Below are positions 1 through 9,844 of a DNA stretch of 64,000 nt, piece by piece (within the stretch, counting starts at the first letter, position 1; each line of letters begins with the position of its first letter). The stretch covers positions 1-64,000 of IMG/VR virus record IMGVR_UViG_3300035698_019240. The stretch is one strand, 5' to 3'. The notes beneath the pieces were generated by a model that saw only the letters and a program-made list of their open reading frames with translations, had not been told where the DNA came from and did not search any database. The position numbers and the translations under genes are program-made. Source of the stretch: a virus.

Positions 1-1
1 G

Positions 2-3000
2 TGTTGTTAGTTCCGTGCCTGTTGCCGTTGTATCATGGTCTGCAATTACCTGAGCGTCAACATATTCCTTAACGGCCTGTTCTGTTGGTACAGCGTCATC
101 ACTATTACCTGCTAATGTTCCGTCAATACTAAACTCGTTAATACCTGTACCTGAACCTAAAGTTATTTTACCAGCAGAATCGATACCCATTGCTGTAGTC
201 CAGGAAATTGCCGCATCGGCTGTTCCGCTAGTTTTAACATAAAAGACATGTGTTCCATCCATTTGTTGATATAATGAAGCTTCATCTGTATCTTGATATT
301 TATATCCACCACTATCTCGATAAGCATTTTGCATGATATTTAATATACCTGAAGCTCCAGCTGCCGTAACTGCTGAAAATGAACTATTACCACCTACTTG
401 TAATGCTGTATAAGAACTATGCCATGACTCAAGAGAAGTGTTTCCTATTCCAACATTCCGGTCTTTATCAATTCTTATTGCTTCATAAGAATGATTACCT
501 TGAGATACTATAAATCCTAATTCACTTATACCTCCAGTAGTATTTTGTGCAATTCCTACTATACCAGAGCCTTTTTCTGTATGTGTATCACTAGGACCTC
601 CCTGAAACATTATACCTGTCGCAACTCCAGTTACCTCGGCTTCTTTATGAATTCTAACATCTGCCCATGTTGAGAGGGTATTTGAATCAAAAGTAGCAGA
701 AGTAGCTGCTGATTGTACTTCAAATTTACCAGCAGGACTTGTTGTTCCTATTCCAACATGACCACTATCGTCAATCTTCATTCTATCAGCATTTGAAGTA
801 TTAAATGTTATTGTTCCGCCAGCAACATTACCGGCAGTTAAAATAAGTCTACCTGTTTGGACATGTTCGTTTCCATGAAAAGATACAAGTGCTCCACGAG
901 AACTACTAACATCACCACCACCACCTATCCTAACTACTTTTGTATCTGATCCATTCAAAGTATCCATATAGAGATCAAGATAAGTTGTATCTTCTCCTAT
1001 TATAGATTTATAAACATGTATCTTACCCGCAGAATCAACACTCAATGCAGGATCAGGATCACCATCACTTGCAACCAATTCACTATGCCTATGCAATGTG
1101 TCCGCAATAGAATTGTCGGTTAGTGTTGTTAGTTCCGTGCCTGTTGCCGTTGTATCATGGTCTACAATTACTTGAGAATCAACATATTCCTTAACGGCCT
1201 GTTCTGTTGGTACAGCGTCATCACTATTACCTGCTAATGTTCCGTCAATACTAAATTCATTGATACCAGTACCTGAGAGTAATGTAAGTTTACTATCATT
1301 ACCGATAGTCATTGCTGTAGTCCAGGAAATAGCCGTATCAGCTGTACCAGATGGCGCTACATAGAAATAATGTTTTCCAGAAGCTTGTTTATAATAACTG
1401 GCTTCATCTGTTGAAATGTATTTCCATTCTCCATCATAATAAGAATTTTGAGATATATATAATGAACCTCCTGCTGCAGCAGGAGTGGTAGAAAAAATTG
1501 AGCTATTACCACCTATTTGTAAGGCAGTAAAAATTGCATGCCATGACTCAAGAGAATTGTTTCCAATCCCAACATTACCAGTAGAATCAACGCTCAATGC
1601 AGGATCAGGAGCACCATCACTAGCCACTAATTCACTATGCCTATGTAGAGCATCCGCAATAGAATTGTCTGTTAGTGTTGTTAGTTCCGTGCCTGTTGCC
1701 GTTGTATCATGGTCAGCAATTACTTGAGCATCAACATATTCCTTAACGGCCTGTTCTGTTGGTACTGCGTCATCGCTATCACCTGCTAATGTTCCATCCG
1801 TGCTAAATTCGTTAATACTGGTACCTGATGTTAACTCTAGCTCACCTGTTATATTCATTCCTCCTTGATATAAATTATCATGAGGAATTTCATTTATTTC
1901 TGCTTTACCAGAAGTCATTACTCTATCTAGAGTACCTGAAGTAGATGTAGCTACAAATAAACCATTACCATAAGTAACTCCACCCCAATTGTTATTATTA
2001 GGAGTAACTCTACTTGTCCAATTAATACCATCAGGTGAGGTCATTACTCTATCAAGGGAACCTGTACTAGATACTGCTACAAATAAACCATTACCGTAAG
2101 TAATTCCATACCAATCATTATTATCAGGAGTAGTTCTACTTGTCCAGGTAATACCATCAGGAGAGGTCATTACCCTATCTAGAGTGCCTGAATAAGATGC
2201 AGCTACGAATAAACCATTACCATAAGTAACTCCACCCCAATTGTTATTATTAGGAGTAACTCTACTTGTCCAATTAATACCATCAGGTGAAGTCATTACT
2301 CTATCAAGGGAACCGTCATAAGATACAGCAACGAATAAACCATTACCGTAAGTAACTGATCGCCAATTATTATCAACAGTAGTAGTCCTACTTGTCCAGG
2401 TAATACCATCAGGTGAGGTCATTACTCTATCACTACCTGAAGTAGATGTAGCTACAAATAAACCATTACCATAAGTAACTGAAAACCAATTGTTATTATT
2501 AGGAGTAACTCTACTTGTCCAATTAATACCATCAGGTGAGGTCATTACTCTATCAAGATCACCCGAATTAGAAACAGCAACGAATAAACCATTACCATAA
2601 GTAACCGATGTCCAACCGTTATCAGCGGCACTAACTCTACTTGTCCAATTAACTCCATCAGGGGAGGTCATTATTCTATTATTGTTACCATCATAAGATG
2701 CAGCTACGAATAAACCATTACCATAAGTAACCGATAACCAACCATTATCACCACCACTAACAGTACTACTACTTGTCCAATCAGTACCTTTAGATATAAT
2801 ATCACCTATTACTTCTAACTTGTCTGTTGGTGTTGATGTTCCTATTCCAACATTACCAGAATCATCAATTCTCATTACTTCTACATTATCTGTTGTAAAT
2901 GTTATATATCCTGTCCCTGCATCTATACATTCAACCGATGTATCACCTTCAAAAATCCTATCCGATATTCCACCACTAACTGATGCAACATAAGTAGATA

Positions 3001-5368
3001 CATAAGTTGTAATTGCTTGTTCTGTTGGAACGGCAGTATTACTATTACCTGCAAAAGTTCCATCAGTACTAAACTCATCAACTCTTGCACCTGCTGAAAG
3101 ATATAATCCTGAATCATTAAGATCCATTCTTCTAAAACCACCAGTTGCAAAGCCTATATTATCAGAACCAATTCTATATAATCCTGTATTAACATCAGAA
3201 TTAAAGGCAAGTCCAGGCGTTGCTACTAAACCATCTGCTATTAATATTGTATCACCTGCATCATATTTTGATGAAAGTAATACATCAGTTTCAGTTTCAG
3301 TATAATATCTACCATCATGATAATGTGTTGTATTACTATCACCTGTAAGACCTAAATTGACTCTGGCCGCTGAAGCACTACTAGCACCTGTACCGCCATT
3401 TACAACTTCTAAGTCTGCGCCTAACCAGTCATTATCATTTACTGTACTTTGTATTGCAAGATCGCCAAGTCCTAAATTAGTTCTAGCTGTTGGGGCATCA
3501 CTAGCACCTGTACCGCCATTCACAACTGCCAAATCGGTGCCACTCCAATTATCATTATTGATAGTACTTAATACTGCTAAAGATCCAAGACCAAGGTTTG
3601 ATCTAGCTGTAACAGCACTAACAAGATCACTAAGGTTATTAGCCTCTAATAGAAATCTATCATTCGATTCCGTTTCAGTATAATATCTACTATCATGGTA
3701 ATGTGTTGTATTATCATCACCTGTGAGACCTAAATTGACTCTGGCCGCTGAAGCACTACTAGCACCTGTACCACCGTTCACAATTGCTAAATCCGTGCCA
3801 CTCCAGTTATCATCGTTAATAGAACTCAACAATGCAATAGTTCCAAGACCGAGGTTTGATCTAGCTGTAACAACATTATCAAGATCACTAAGGTTATTAG
3901 ATTCTAATAGAAATCTAGCATCCGATTCGGTTTCGGTAAAATAACGTCCATCATGGTAATGTGTTGTATTACTATCACCTGTAAGACCTAAATTAGTTCT
4001 AGCTGCCGAGGCATCTGTCAGATCACTAAGGTTATTAGATTCTAATAGAAATCTAGCATCCGATTCGGTTTCGGTAAAATAACGTCCATCATGGTAATGT
4101 GTTGTATTGCTATCACCTGTAAGACCTAAATTAGTTCTAGCTGTACCTACATCACTAGCACCGGTACCTCCATTTACAACTGCCAAATCCGTACCATTCC
4201 AATTATCATTGTTGATAGAACTCAACAATGCAATAGTTCCAAGACCTAAATTATCTCTGGCTGCTGATGGACTAACAAGATCACTAAGATTGTTAGATTC
4301 CAATAGAAATCTAGCATCCGATTCCGTTTCGGTAAAATATCGTTGGTCATGGTAATGAGAATCTTCATTATCACCACTTGTACGACCATCAACATAAGTT
4401 TTTATTGCAAGTTGTGTGCTTATTACATCATCGGATGATCCAAGACCTGTATTAGTTGATATATCATTAACATTTGTACCTGATTGTAATTGCATATCAC
4501 CATTTACATCAAGTGTTGCTGATGGACTTGGTTCATTTATACCAAGTCTATCATTTAAATCATCATATACTGAATTTTCACCAAGATTTATACTACCTTT
4601 AGTTCCATTAGATGTACTTTTTAATTGTAAGTCATCACCAGCCGCAGTACCACCATATAGTATTTGACCACCTGAACGACCATTTAAATAAGCATATTGT
4701 GTATGATCATCATCTGCAAGACCTAATAAATTACCATGAGTTGTTGTGGATCCAAATTTAACCCATACTGATCCGTTATATACATATAGAACATTCTCAT
4801 CTTCAACCCATGAAGCAAACCCTTCTGTAGGAACTACTTCAATCCATCCTGCACCAGAACTTTCATATATATTATTTGTAGTCCAACCACCACTTGTAGC
4901 AGTTGATATATATCTATTACCTAATGTTGAAACGGCACTACCCATAGGTATTCTACTTAATACAGATTCTTGCCAATCAATGCCTTGTGCAAAAGTATCA
5001 ACATATTCTTTTACTGCTTGTTCTGTTGGAACAGCATTATCACTATCTCCTGCTAATGTTCCATCAGTGCTAAATTCACTAATAGTTGTACCACTTGTAA
5101 GTTTTACACTGCCACCAGTTATGCTTACATTATTAGCATTTTGAGTACTCATTGTTCCGAGGCCATGCACAGCTGTTCCTGTATTACCTATATGGGTTTG
5201 TAAGGCTGCATCGTCTGCCATTTTTACCCAATCAGCTGATCCACCAATATACATTATATCATTTGTTGTGTCATATATTATTCTACCTTCATCGGCGGCT
5301 GTCCATGCAGGCAAGGCATTCATTTCTAAAATGAATTCACCTTTCATTTCAATTCCGTGAAATTCCAA
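2..5368 (-). CDS. Long tail fibre protein, 3' end outside window (>1789 aa)
   Basis: Absent from the ORF track, presumably because no stop falls in the window. TTG start at 5368 after a GGAGG RBS gives MEFHGIEMKGEFILE...; the same frame reads DAQVIADHDTTATGTELTT at the window edge (only spot-checked in between). Repeated EFSxDGTLAGxSDDAVPTEQAVKEYVD and VGIG(T/N)TS fibre motifs. Confidence 0.85.
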   Translation of the reverse strand, partial: MEFHGIEMKGEFILEMNALPAWTAADEGRIIYDTTNDIMYIGGSADWVKMADDAALQTHIGNTGTAVHGLGTMSTQNANNVSITGGSVKLTSGTTISEFSTDGTLAGDSDNAVPTEQAVKEYVDTFAQGIDWQESVLSRIPMGSAVSTLGNRYISTATSGGWTTNNIYESSGAGWIEVVPTEGFASWVEDENVLYVYNGSVWVKFGSTTTHGNLLGLADDDHTQYAYLNGRSGGQILYGGTAAGDDLQLKSTSNGTKGSINLGENSVYDDLNDRLGINEPSPSATLDVNGDMQLQSGTNVNDISTNTGLGSSDDVISTQLAIKTYVDGRTSGDNEDSHYHDQRYFTETESDARFLLESNNLSDLVSPSAARDNLGLGTIALLSSINNDNWNGTDLAVVNGGTGASDVGTARTNLGLTGDSNTTHYHDGRYFTETESDARFLLESNNLSDLTDASAARTNLGLTGDSNTTHYHDGRYFTETESDARFLLESNNLSDLDNVVTARSNLGLGTIALLSSINDDNWSGTDLAIVNGGTGASSASAARVNLGLTGDDNTTHYHDSRYYTETESNDRFLLEANNLSDLVSAVTARSNLGLGSLAVLSTINNDNWSGTDLAVVNGGTGASDAPTARTNLGLGDLAIQSTVNDNDWLGADLEVVNGGTGASSASAARVNLGLTGDSNTTHYHDGRYYTETETDVLLSSKYDAGDTILIADGLVATPGLAFNSDVNTGLYRIGSDNIGFATGGFRRMDLNDSGLYLSAGARVDEFSTDGTFAGNSNTAVPTEQAITTYVSTYVASVSGGISDRIFEGDTSVECIDAGTGYITFTTDNVEVMRIDDSGNVGIGTSTPTDKLEVIGDIISKGTDWTSSSTVSGGDNGWLSVTYGNGLFVAASYDGNNNRIMTSPDGVNWTSRVSAADNGWTSVTYGNGLFVAVSNSGDLDRVMTSPDGINWTSRVTPNNNNWFSVTYGNGLFVATSTSGSDRVMTSPDGITWTSRTTTVDNNWRSVTYGNGLFVAVSYDGSLDRVMTSPDGINWTSRVTPNNNNWGGVTYGNGLFVAASYSGTLDRVMTSPDGITWTSRTTPDNNDWYGITYGNGLFVAVSSTGSLDRVMTSPDGINWTSRVTPNNNNWGGVTYGNGLFVATSTSGTLDRVMTSGKAEINEIPHDNLYQGGMNITGELELTSGTSINEFSTDGTLAGDSDDAVPTEQAVKEYVDAQVIADHDTTATGTELTTLTDNSIADALHRHSELVASDGAPDPALSVDSTGNVGIGNNSLESWHAIFTALQIGGNSSIFSTTPAAAGGSLYISQNSYYDGEWKYISTDEASYYKQASGKHYFYVAPSGTADTAISWTTAMTIGNDSKLTLLSGTGINEFSIDGTLAGNSDDAVPTEQAVKEYVDSQVIVDHDTTATGTELTTLTDNSIADTLHRHSELVASDGDPDPALSVDSAGKIHVYKSIIGEDTTYLDLYMDTLNGSDTKVVRIGGGGDVSSSRGALVSFHGNEHVQTGRLILTAGNVAGGTITFNTSNADRMKIDDSGHVGIGTTSPAGKFEVQSAATSATFDSNTLSTWADVRIHKEAEVTGVATGIMFQGGPSDTHTEKGSGIVGIAQNTTGGISELGFIVSQGNHSYEAIRIDKDRNVGIGNTSLESWHSSYTALQVGGNSSFSAVTAAGASGILNIMQNAYRDSGGYKYQDTDEASLYQQMDGTHVFYVKTSGTADAAISWTTAMGIDSAGKITLGSGTGINEFSIDGTLAGNSDDAVPTEQAVKEYVDAQVIADHDTTATGTELTT
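1911..2780 (-). repeat. Seven tandem ~126-nt (42-aa) repeats in the tail fibre (WTSR...W..VTYGNGLFVA...RVMTSPDG), beta-propeller-like
   Basis: accattacc recurs at 1961, 2087, 2213, 2339, 2462, 2588 and 2714. Confidence 0.85.
3300..4360 (-). repeat. Imperfect internal repeats in the tail fibre (HYHDGRYFTETESDARFLLESNNLSDL...ARxNLGL)
   Basis: Near-identical blocks, e.g. 3885-4005 vs 4020-4140. Confidence 0.8.
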
Positions 5369-5371
5369 TTA

Positions 5372-5470
5372 TTATTCCTCCAACTTGAATTTTATTGTTG
5401 TTAGTTCTTCTTTTAAGTTATTTACTTCAACACATAACTCTTGAACCGATTTTTACTAATAATGCTACTA
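5372..5470 (-). pseudogene. Frameshifted remnant resembling the C-terminal coiled coil of a tail-fibre intramolecular chaperone (peptidase S74 type)
   Basis: Reads VALLVK/SVQELCVEVNNLKEELTTIKFKLEE* if one A is removed from an A run. Confidence 0.45.
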
Positions 5471-5522
5471 TAACTACTATCATATAATAGCCCCGTATAC
5501 TAATTTAATATTTTAAAATATC

Positions 5523-6437
5523 CTATTCAGAATAAGGTGAAGTTTCTAAATCAAAAGAAACTCCTTTATAACAAGCAGTGCCTACTACAATTCTCGCCTC
5601 ATCAATGTATCCGTCAAGATAATTACCACCAAAATTGATATAATTAATACTAGTGGGATTTATTATACCTGTAAATGATGTGCCAATATCCCATGTAACC
5701 TTATTACCATTTATATAACCATAAACATTGTCACCGTATCTCTCAACAGCAAAGTGATTCCAGGTGTTAGAAGTATATGCTTGAATTGATTTAAAGATAC
5801 ATGCTGTTGTTGTTGTATTCAAATACATAAGGAGCTTATCTCCATTTCCGATATACATTACAAAACTTCGATTACTACCAGAATCATAATATCTATAAAA
5901 TAACTTTCCTGTATCACTATAAAGAGCGTTAGGGTATACCCACGTATCCATAGTCCAATCATCAGAACCAAGAATATAATCTTCGATAGATGGCATTTGT
6001 ACTTCATCACCGCCTGAAAATCTACCTGAGTAAGTTCCAAATTTCTTTGTTCCACTTGAAAAAGACACTCCGCTATTAACAGGTATATTGTTTCCTGTTG
6101 CGTCATCAACATTATTATCTAAATGTAGTAATAAAGTTGAAAAAGTTGAAAAGGTCATTGTATTTAATTGACTCAACATGGTAGAGTGTAGAGTTGCTGT
6201 AATTATATTACCTGAGGATACTGTACCCTGTGTATCGTCCGACTCATTGGACAGAACCGATAGTTCATTATGTTTATTAATAAGTGTTGTATGCCATGAG
6301 GCTTGTATTAAATCACCTGATGATATATCACTTAAACCAGTTACATCAACTCCTGCTTCACCAGCCTTGGTATCACATAAATCTTTTAAAGCGTTTATGT
6401 CTGTTGTTGTTATTTTTTCACTTGAAGTTATTGCCAT
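5523..6437 (-). CDS. LamG/concanavalin A-like domain virion protein
   Basis: LLLHLD, WTMDTWVYP, WNHFAVER...YING and YLDGYIDEARI motifs. Confidence 0.75.
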   Translation of the reverse strand: MAITSSEKITTTDINALKDLCDTKAGEAGVDVTGLSDISSGDLIQASWHTTLINKHNELSVLSNESDDTQGTVSSGNIITATLHSTMLSQLNTMTFSTFSTLLLHLDNNVDDATGNNIPVNSGVSFSSGTKKFGTYSGRFSGGDEVQMPSIEDYILGSDDWTMDTWVYPNALYSDTGKLFYRYYDSGSNRSFVMYIGNGDKLLMYLNTTTTACIFKSIQAYTSNTWNHFAVERYGDNVYGYINGNKVTWDIGTSFTGIINPTSINYINFGGNYLDGYIDEARIVVGTACYKGVSFDLETSPYSE

Positions 6438-6439
6438 TC

Positions 6440-7111
6440 CTATTTTACCTTAACCCAATGACGACCATTAACGTCTATATTTTCAGGTCCCCAATTTTTA
6501 GAATTTTCAGGTTTATGATACATTGCTGTTAATCTTCCTGGATACATAATTGTTTCTTCTTTGGTCATTTCAGTTAAATGACCATTTTCATCATTTGTTA
6601 ATATTGTACCACAAGGATATATTTGGTCTACATAAGCTAATACCCATCCTGAGATTGCAACTGGTAGTTTTTCTTTATTACTATCACTACCAACACTTAG
6701 ACCAAAAGTATCTGAAGCAATTCCAATAACTGCCATTTGACACCTTTCAGTACATAATTTAGCTCCTTCATATGAATCATAGTAACACATACCGGGGATT
6801 ACCTCATCAATAACATCATGAAAGTCTGCTATATCGTTATATACAGGATTAAAACATTTTGTAGCGTAGAAATAACCGTCATAATTCAATCTTGTTGATC
6901 CAGATGGATCAACTGTTCCTAAATAAAAGGATCCTGATGTTTTAGTTGTAAAAGTACTGTTAATACTTACCCATTCCGTACTATTACCCACCATTAATGT
7001 TTCAGTATCAGTATCATATATTATTCTACCTTCATCGGCAGCTGTCCATGATGGCAAGGCATTCATTTCTAAAATGAATTCACCTTTCATTTCAATTCCG
7101 TGAAATTCCAA
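6440..7111 (-). CDS. Short tail fibre-related protein with the shared fibre N-terminus
   Basis: MEFHGIEMKG N-terminus nearly identical to 5368; C-terminal YNDIADF...PVAISGWV domain. Confidence 0.65.
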   Translation of the reverse strand: MEFHGIEMKGEFILEMNALPSWTAADEGRIIYDTDTETLMVGNSTEWVSINSTFTTKTSGSFYLGTVDPSGSTRLNYDGYFYATKCFNPVYNDIADFHDVIDEVIPGMCYYDSYEGAKLCTERCQMAVIGIASDTFGLSVGSDSNKEKLPVAISGWVLAYVDQIYPCGTILTNDENGHLTEMTKEETIMYPGRLTAMYHKPENSKNWGPENIDVNGRHWVKVK

Positions 7112-7114
7112 TTG

Positions 7115-7555
7115 TTATTCCTCCGTTTTTATATCTTGATATGTTTGATGACTTTCTAATTTTTTTTGAATTTGTTGATCTATCATTCTTTTCTCTATAT
7201 CTTTTTCATGCGTCTTTTTCATATCTTCAAGTAATGCCACTAATTGTTGTAATGCTGGATCAGGTTTAGGTATTGTGGTACCATTAGTTGTATTGAATAC
7301 CATTCCATTACGAAATGTTTCAATTGCTTGCTGATTACCTTCTAATAATCCTAAAGATTCCCATTGCATTCTAAACATAAAAATATCAAGACAATCTTTT
7401 ACTATATCTTTCTCCATTGGGTTATCTTTTTTTGGCATTGATACTTCTGTCCAAGCAGGACATCCTTCTTTACCATCCCAACACTTTTCCGGACAACCTT
7501 TTTTAAAAGCTGCTATATTTCTAATACATGGTCTTTTTTTTACACTTTTTAACAT
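7115..7555 (-). CDS. Hypothetical Cys-containing protein, possible fibre assembly chaperone
   Basis: RBS and position directly after a fibre gene. Confidence 0.55.
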   Translation of the reverse strand: MLKSVKKRPCIRNIAAFKKGCPEKCWDGKEGCPAWTEVSMPKKDNPMEKDIVKDCLDIFMFRMQWESLGLLEGNQQAIETFRNGMVFNTTNGTTIPKPDPALQQLVALLEDMKKTHEKDIEKRMIDQQIQKKLESHQTYQDIKTEE

Positions 7556-7574
7556 ATTTTTAATTCTCCTTTAT

Positions 7575-8432
7575 TTAACTTTTTACAGCTACAATAACTG
7601 TTAGATATCGTGGATTTAATATTACTCCGCTTGAGCCTGTATTACCATGACCATGGGCATTACTACCACCAGAATAACCAACACCATTTCCTATATATGT
7701 TGCTCCTCCTGAACCACCCCAACTACCTTCAGCATAAGAGTGTGTACCAGAACCAGCACCATCTCTCCAAGGCCATTTCCATTGGGCATGAGTATGACTT
7801 GGCATTTCTGCATATGTTAATGAATGACTTGAGGTACTATGTAAATGTGACATACTTTTACCTATTAAATCCCAACTACCACCAGTTAAGGCTCCTGTTC
7901 CCCCAGTATTCGCTAACATTATTGCTCCTTTATATGATGAATGAGAATATGTTTCATCTCTTACCCATCCTGTAGGTGCCGAAGCTTGTGTAAATAACAT
8001 TTTCGTACTTGAAGGAAAAACATTTGCTGCTGTATATGAAGCTGTATATGTCTTTACTGCCTTTTCTGTAGGAACTACATCATCACTATTTCCTGCAAAT
8101 GTCCCATCAATACTAAATTCACTAATAGTTGTACCACTTGTAAGTTTTACACTGCCACCAGTTATGCTTACATTATTAGCATTTTGAGTACTCATTGTTC
8201 CGAGGCCATGCACAGCTGTTCCTGTATTACCTATATGTGTATTTGTATCGACTATATGAGATTGTAAGTCTGCATCATCTGTCATTTTTACCCAGTCAGT
8301 CGATCCACCAATATACATTATATCATTTGTTGTGTCATATGTTATTCTACCTTCATCGGCGGCTGTCCATGCAGGCAATGCCCTTTTCTCTAATATAAGT
8401 TGTCCTTGCATTTCAATTCCATGAAATTTCAT
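7575..8432 (-). CDS. Short tail fibre with collar-like region and HxH tip motifs
   Basis: Shared N-terminus; MLFTQASAPTGW, LTYAEMPSHTH, HGH and NPRYLTVIVAVK motifs. Confidence 0.75.
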   Translation of the reverse strand: MKFHGIEMQGQLILEKRALPAWTAADEGRITYDTTNDIMYIGGSTDWVKMTDDADLQSHIVDTNTHIGNTGTAVHGLGTMSTQNANNVSITGGSVKLTSGTTISEFSIDGTFAGNSDDVVPTEKAVKTYTASYTAANVFPSSTKMLFTQASAPTGWVRDETYSHSSYKGAIMLANTGGTGALTGGSWDLIGKSMSHLHSTSSHSLTYAEMPSHTHAQWKWPWRDGAGSGTHSYAEGSWGGSGGATYIGNGVGYSGGSNAHGHGNTGSSGVILNPRYLTVIVAVKS

Positions 8433-8795
8433 TTAATTTTTCTCCTGTATTTGTTTTTCCACAGATGTCTGAGCTTTACCTATTTTATCACAAGCTTTAA
8501 AAAATTTCGCTTTTAAAACAGACCTCTTTCTTTCATTGAGTTTGATTTTATTTATTGATATTCCTTCATCAAGACAAAAATCAAATTTTAATTTACCTTT
8601 ATAAAACTTTCGTAATTGTTTGTTGAGACATTCTACAATTTCTATTACATCATTATCAATAATATATTTCTCTTGTACCTTTTCAACAGAATCTTTATAA
8701 TCTGTTTTACCATTCACCAATTTTACATTCATTGATCTAAAGATGTTGACATCTTTATCATCACACGACAATCCCATGTATTTGAATAATCTCAT
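8433..8795 (-). CDS. Hypothetical protein
   Basis: 120-aa ORF within the operon. Confidence 0.55.
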   Translation of the reverse strand: MRLFKYMGLSCDDKDVNIFRSMNVKLVNGKTDYKDSVEKVQEKYIIDNDVIEIVECLNKQLRKFYKGKLKFDFCLDEGISINKIKLNERKRSVLKAKFFKACDKIGKAQTSVEKQIQEKN

Positions 8796-8803
8796 TTATT
8801 TAC

Positions 8804-9814
8804 CTATCCCGCTACCGTTGCGTTTGATGTACCGAAAGTAGCAGGCACCGTAGCTATCCATAACCTTATTGTACTGGAACTTATATATTCTATATCAGCA
8901 GGCATTACTCTCATACTTGTACTATCTCTATAGAGTTCAACAACCGGATAATTCCACGGCCAAGTTGCATTCTCAGTATTTACTAAATCAGTTGAATAAG
9001 GACCTGTACCACTCCAACCACTTGTAGCTATACTAAACGATTCTCTATAAGGTCTTGTATACATCATGTTATTACTAACTACTTTATCTTTAACTGTGTC
9101 TGTATCAGTCTCGTCAACTTCTGTAATACCATGAGGATTACTTGTAGTGGTTATTGAATCTTTATGATCTTCCCAACCTTTAGCCAATAAGTTATTTAAT
9201 AATTTATTGTATGTTGCATCTGTATCAATCTCATCAACATCTGTTAAATCATGAGGATCACCAGTTGCATGGGTAAGGTCTTTATGGTCTTCCCAACCTT
9301 TAGCTAAATTATTACTTACAACCTTATTTAATGCTATTGTTGTGTCAGTTTCATCAACCTCTGTTATATCATGAGGAGTACTGGTTAATATAGACTCGTC
9401 TGCATGATCATTCCATTTTTTAGCAAGAAGGTTACTAAGCATTTTATTTTTTGTAGAGTCCGTACTAGTCTCATCAACCTCTGCTAACGCTACAAACACA
9501 TCTATATAATCTATTTGACCTGATGTTATACCTGTTTTATACCATGCCAGTTTAAATTTTTGTGTATTACCGTAACCAGACGTTTCATCTGTATCACCTA
9601 CCCAAAATTCAAAAAATCCATCAAGTCCTGTAAGTATAATATCTGATTCTGTTCCTCCATCTGCAACCGGATAAGTCTTAAATGCAGTTCCACCTGACTC
9701 ACTTGGATATAACCAAACAGCTTCGGTTAATGCTGCTTTATATACATATATTGAAGCGTTTGTAATTGGTTCACCTACTTCATTCACTAAATATTGCCAA
9801 TAGTGTTTCCTCAT
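8804..9814 (-). CDS. Putative virion structural protein with ~38-aa repeats
   Basis: Four EVDETDT...NK..SN.LAK.W.DH repeats; baseplate/fibre context. Confidence 0.65.
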   Translation of the reverse strand: MRKHYWQYLVNEVGEPITNASIYVYKAALTEAVWLYPSESGGTAFKTYPVADGGTESDIILTGLDGFFEFWVGDTDETSGYGNTQKFKLAWYKTGITSGQIDYIDVFVALAEVDETSTDSTKNKMLSNLLAKKWNDHADESILTSTPHDITEVDETDTTIALNKVVSNNLAKGWEDHKDLTHATGDPHDLTDVDEIDTDATYNKLLNNLLAKGWEDHKDSITTTSNPHGITEVDETDTDTVKDKVVSNNMMYTRPYRESFSIATSGWSGTGPYSTDLVNTENATWPWNYPVVELYRDSTSMRVMPADIEYISSSTIRLWIATVPATFGTSNATVAG

Positions 9815-9844
9815 ATTATCTCCTTCTCTCTTTCAATCTTTTCT

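Noticed and set aside
1-1830. Diversity-generating retroelement TR/VR pair
   Set aside because: Differences between copies are not adenine-specific, all copies lie in one CDS, and no reverse transcriptase is seen.
1485-5334. Plus-strand ORFs listed in the track
   Set aside because: They are antisense shadows of the repetitive minus-strand fibre gene.
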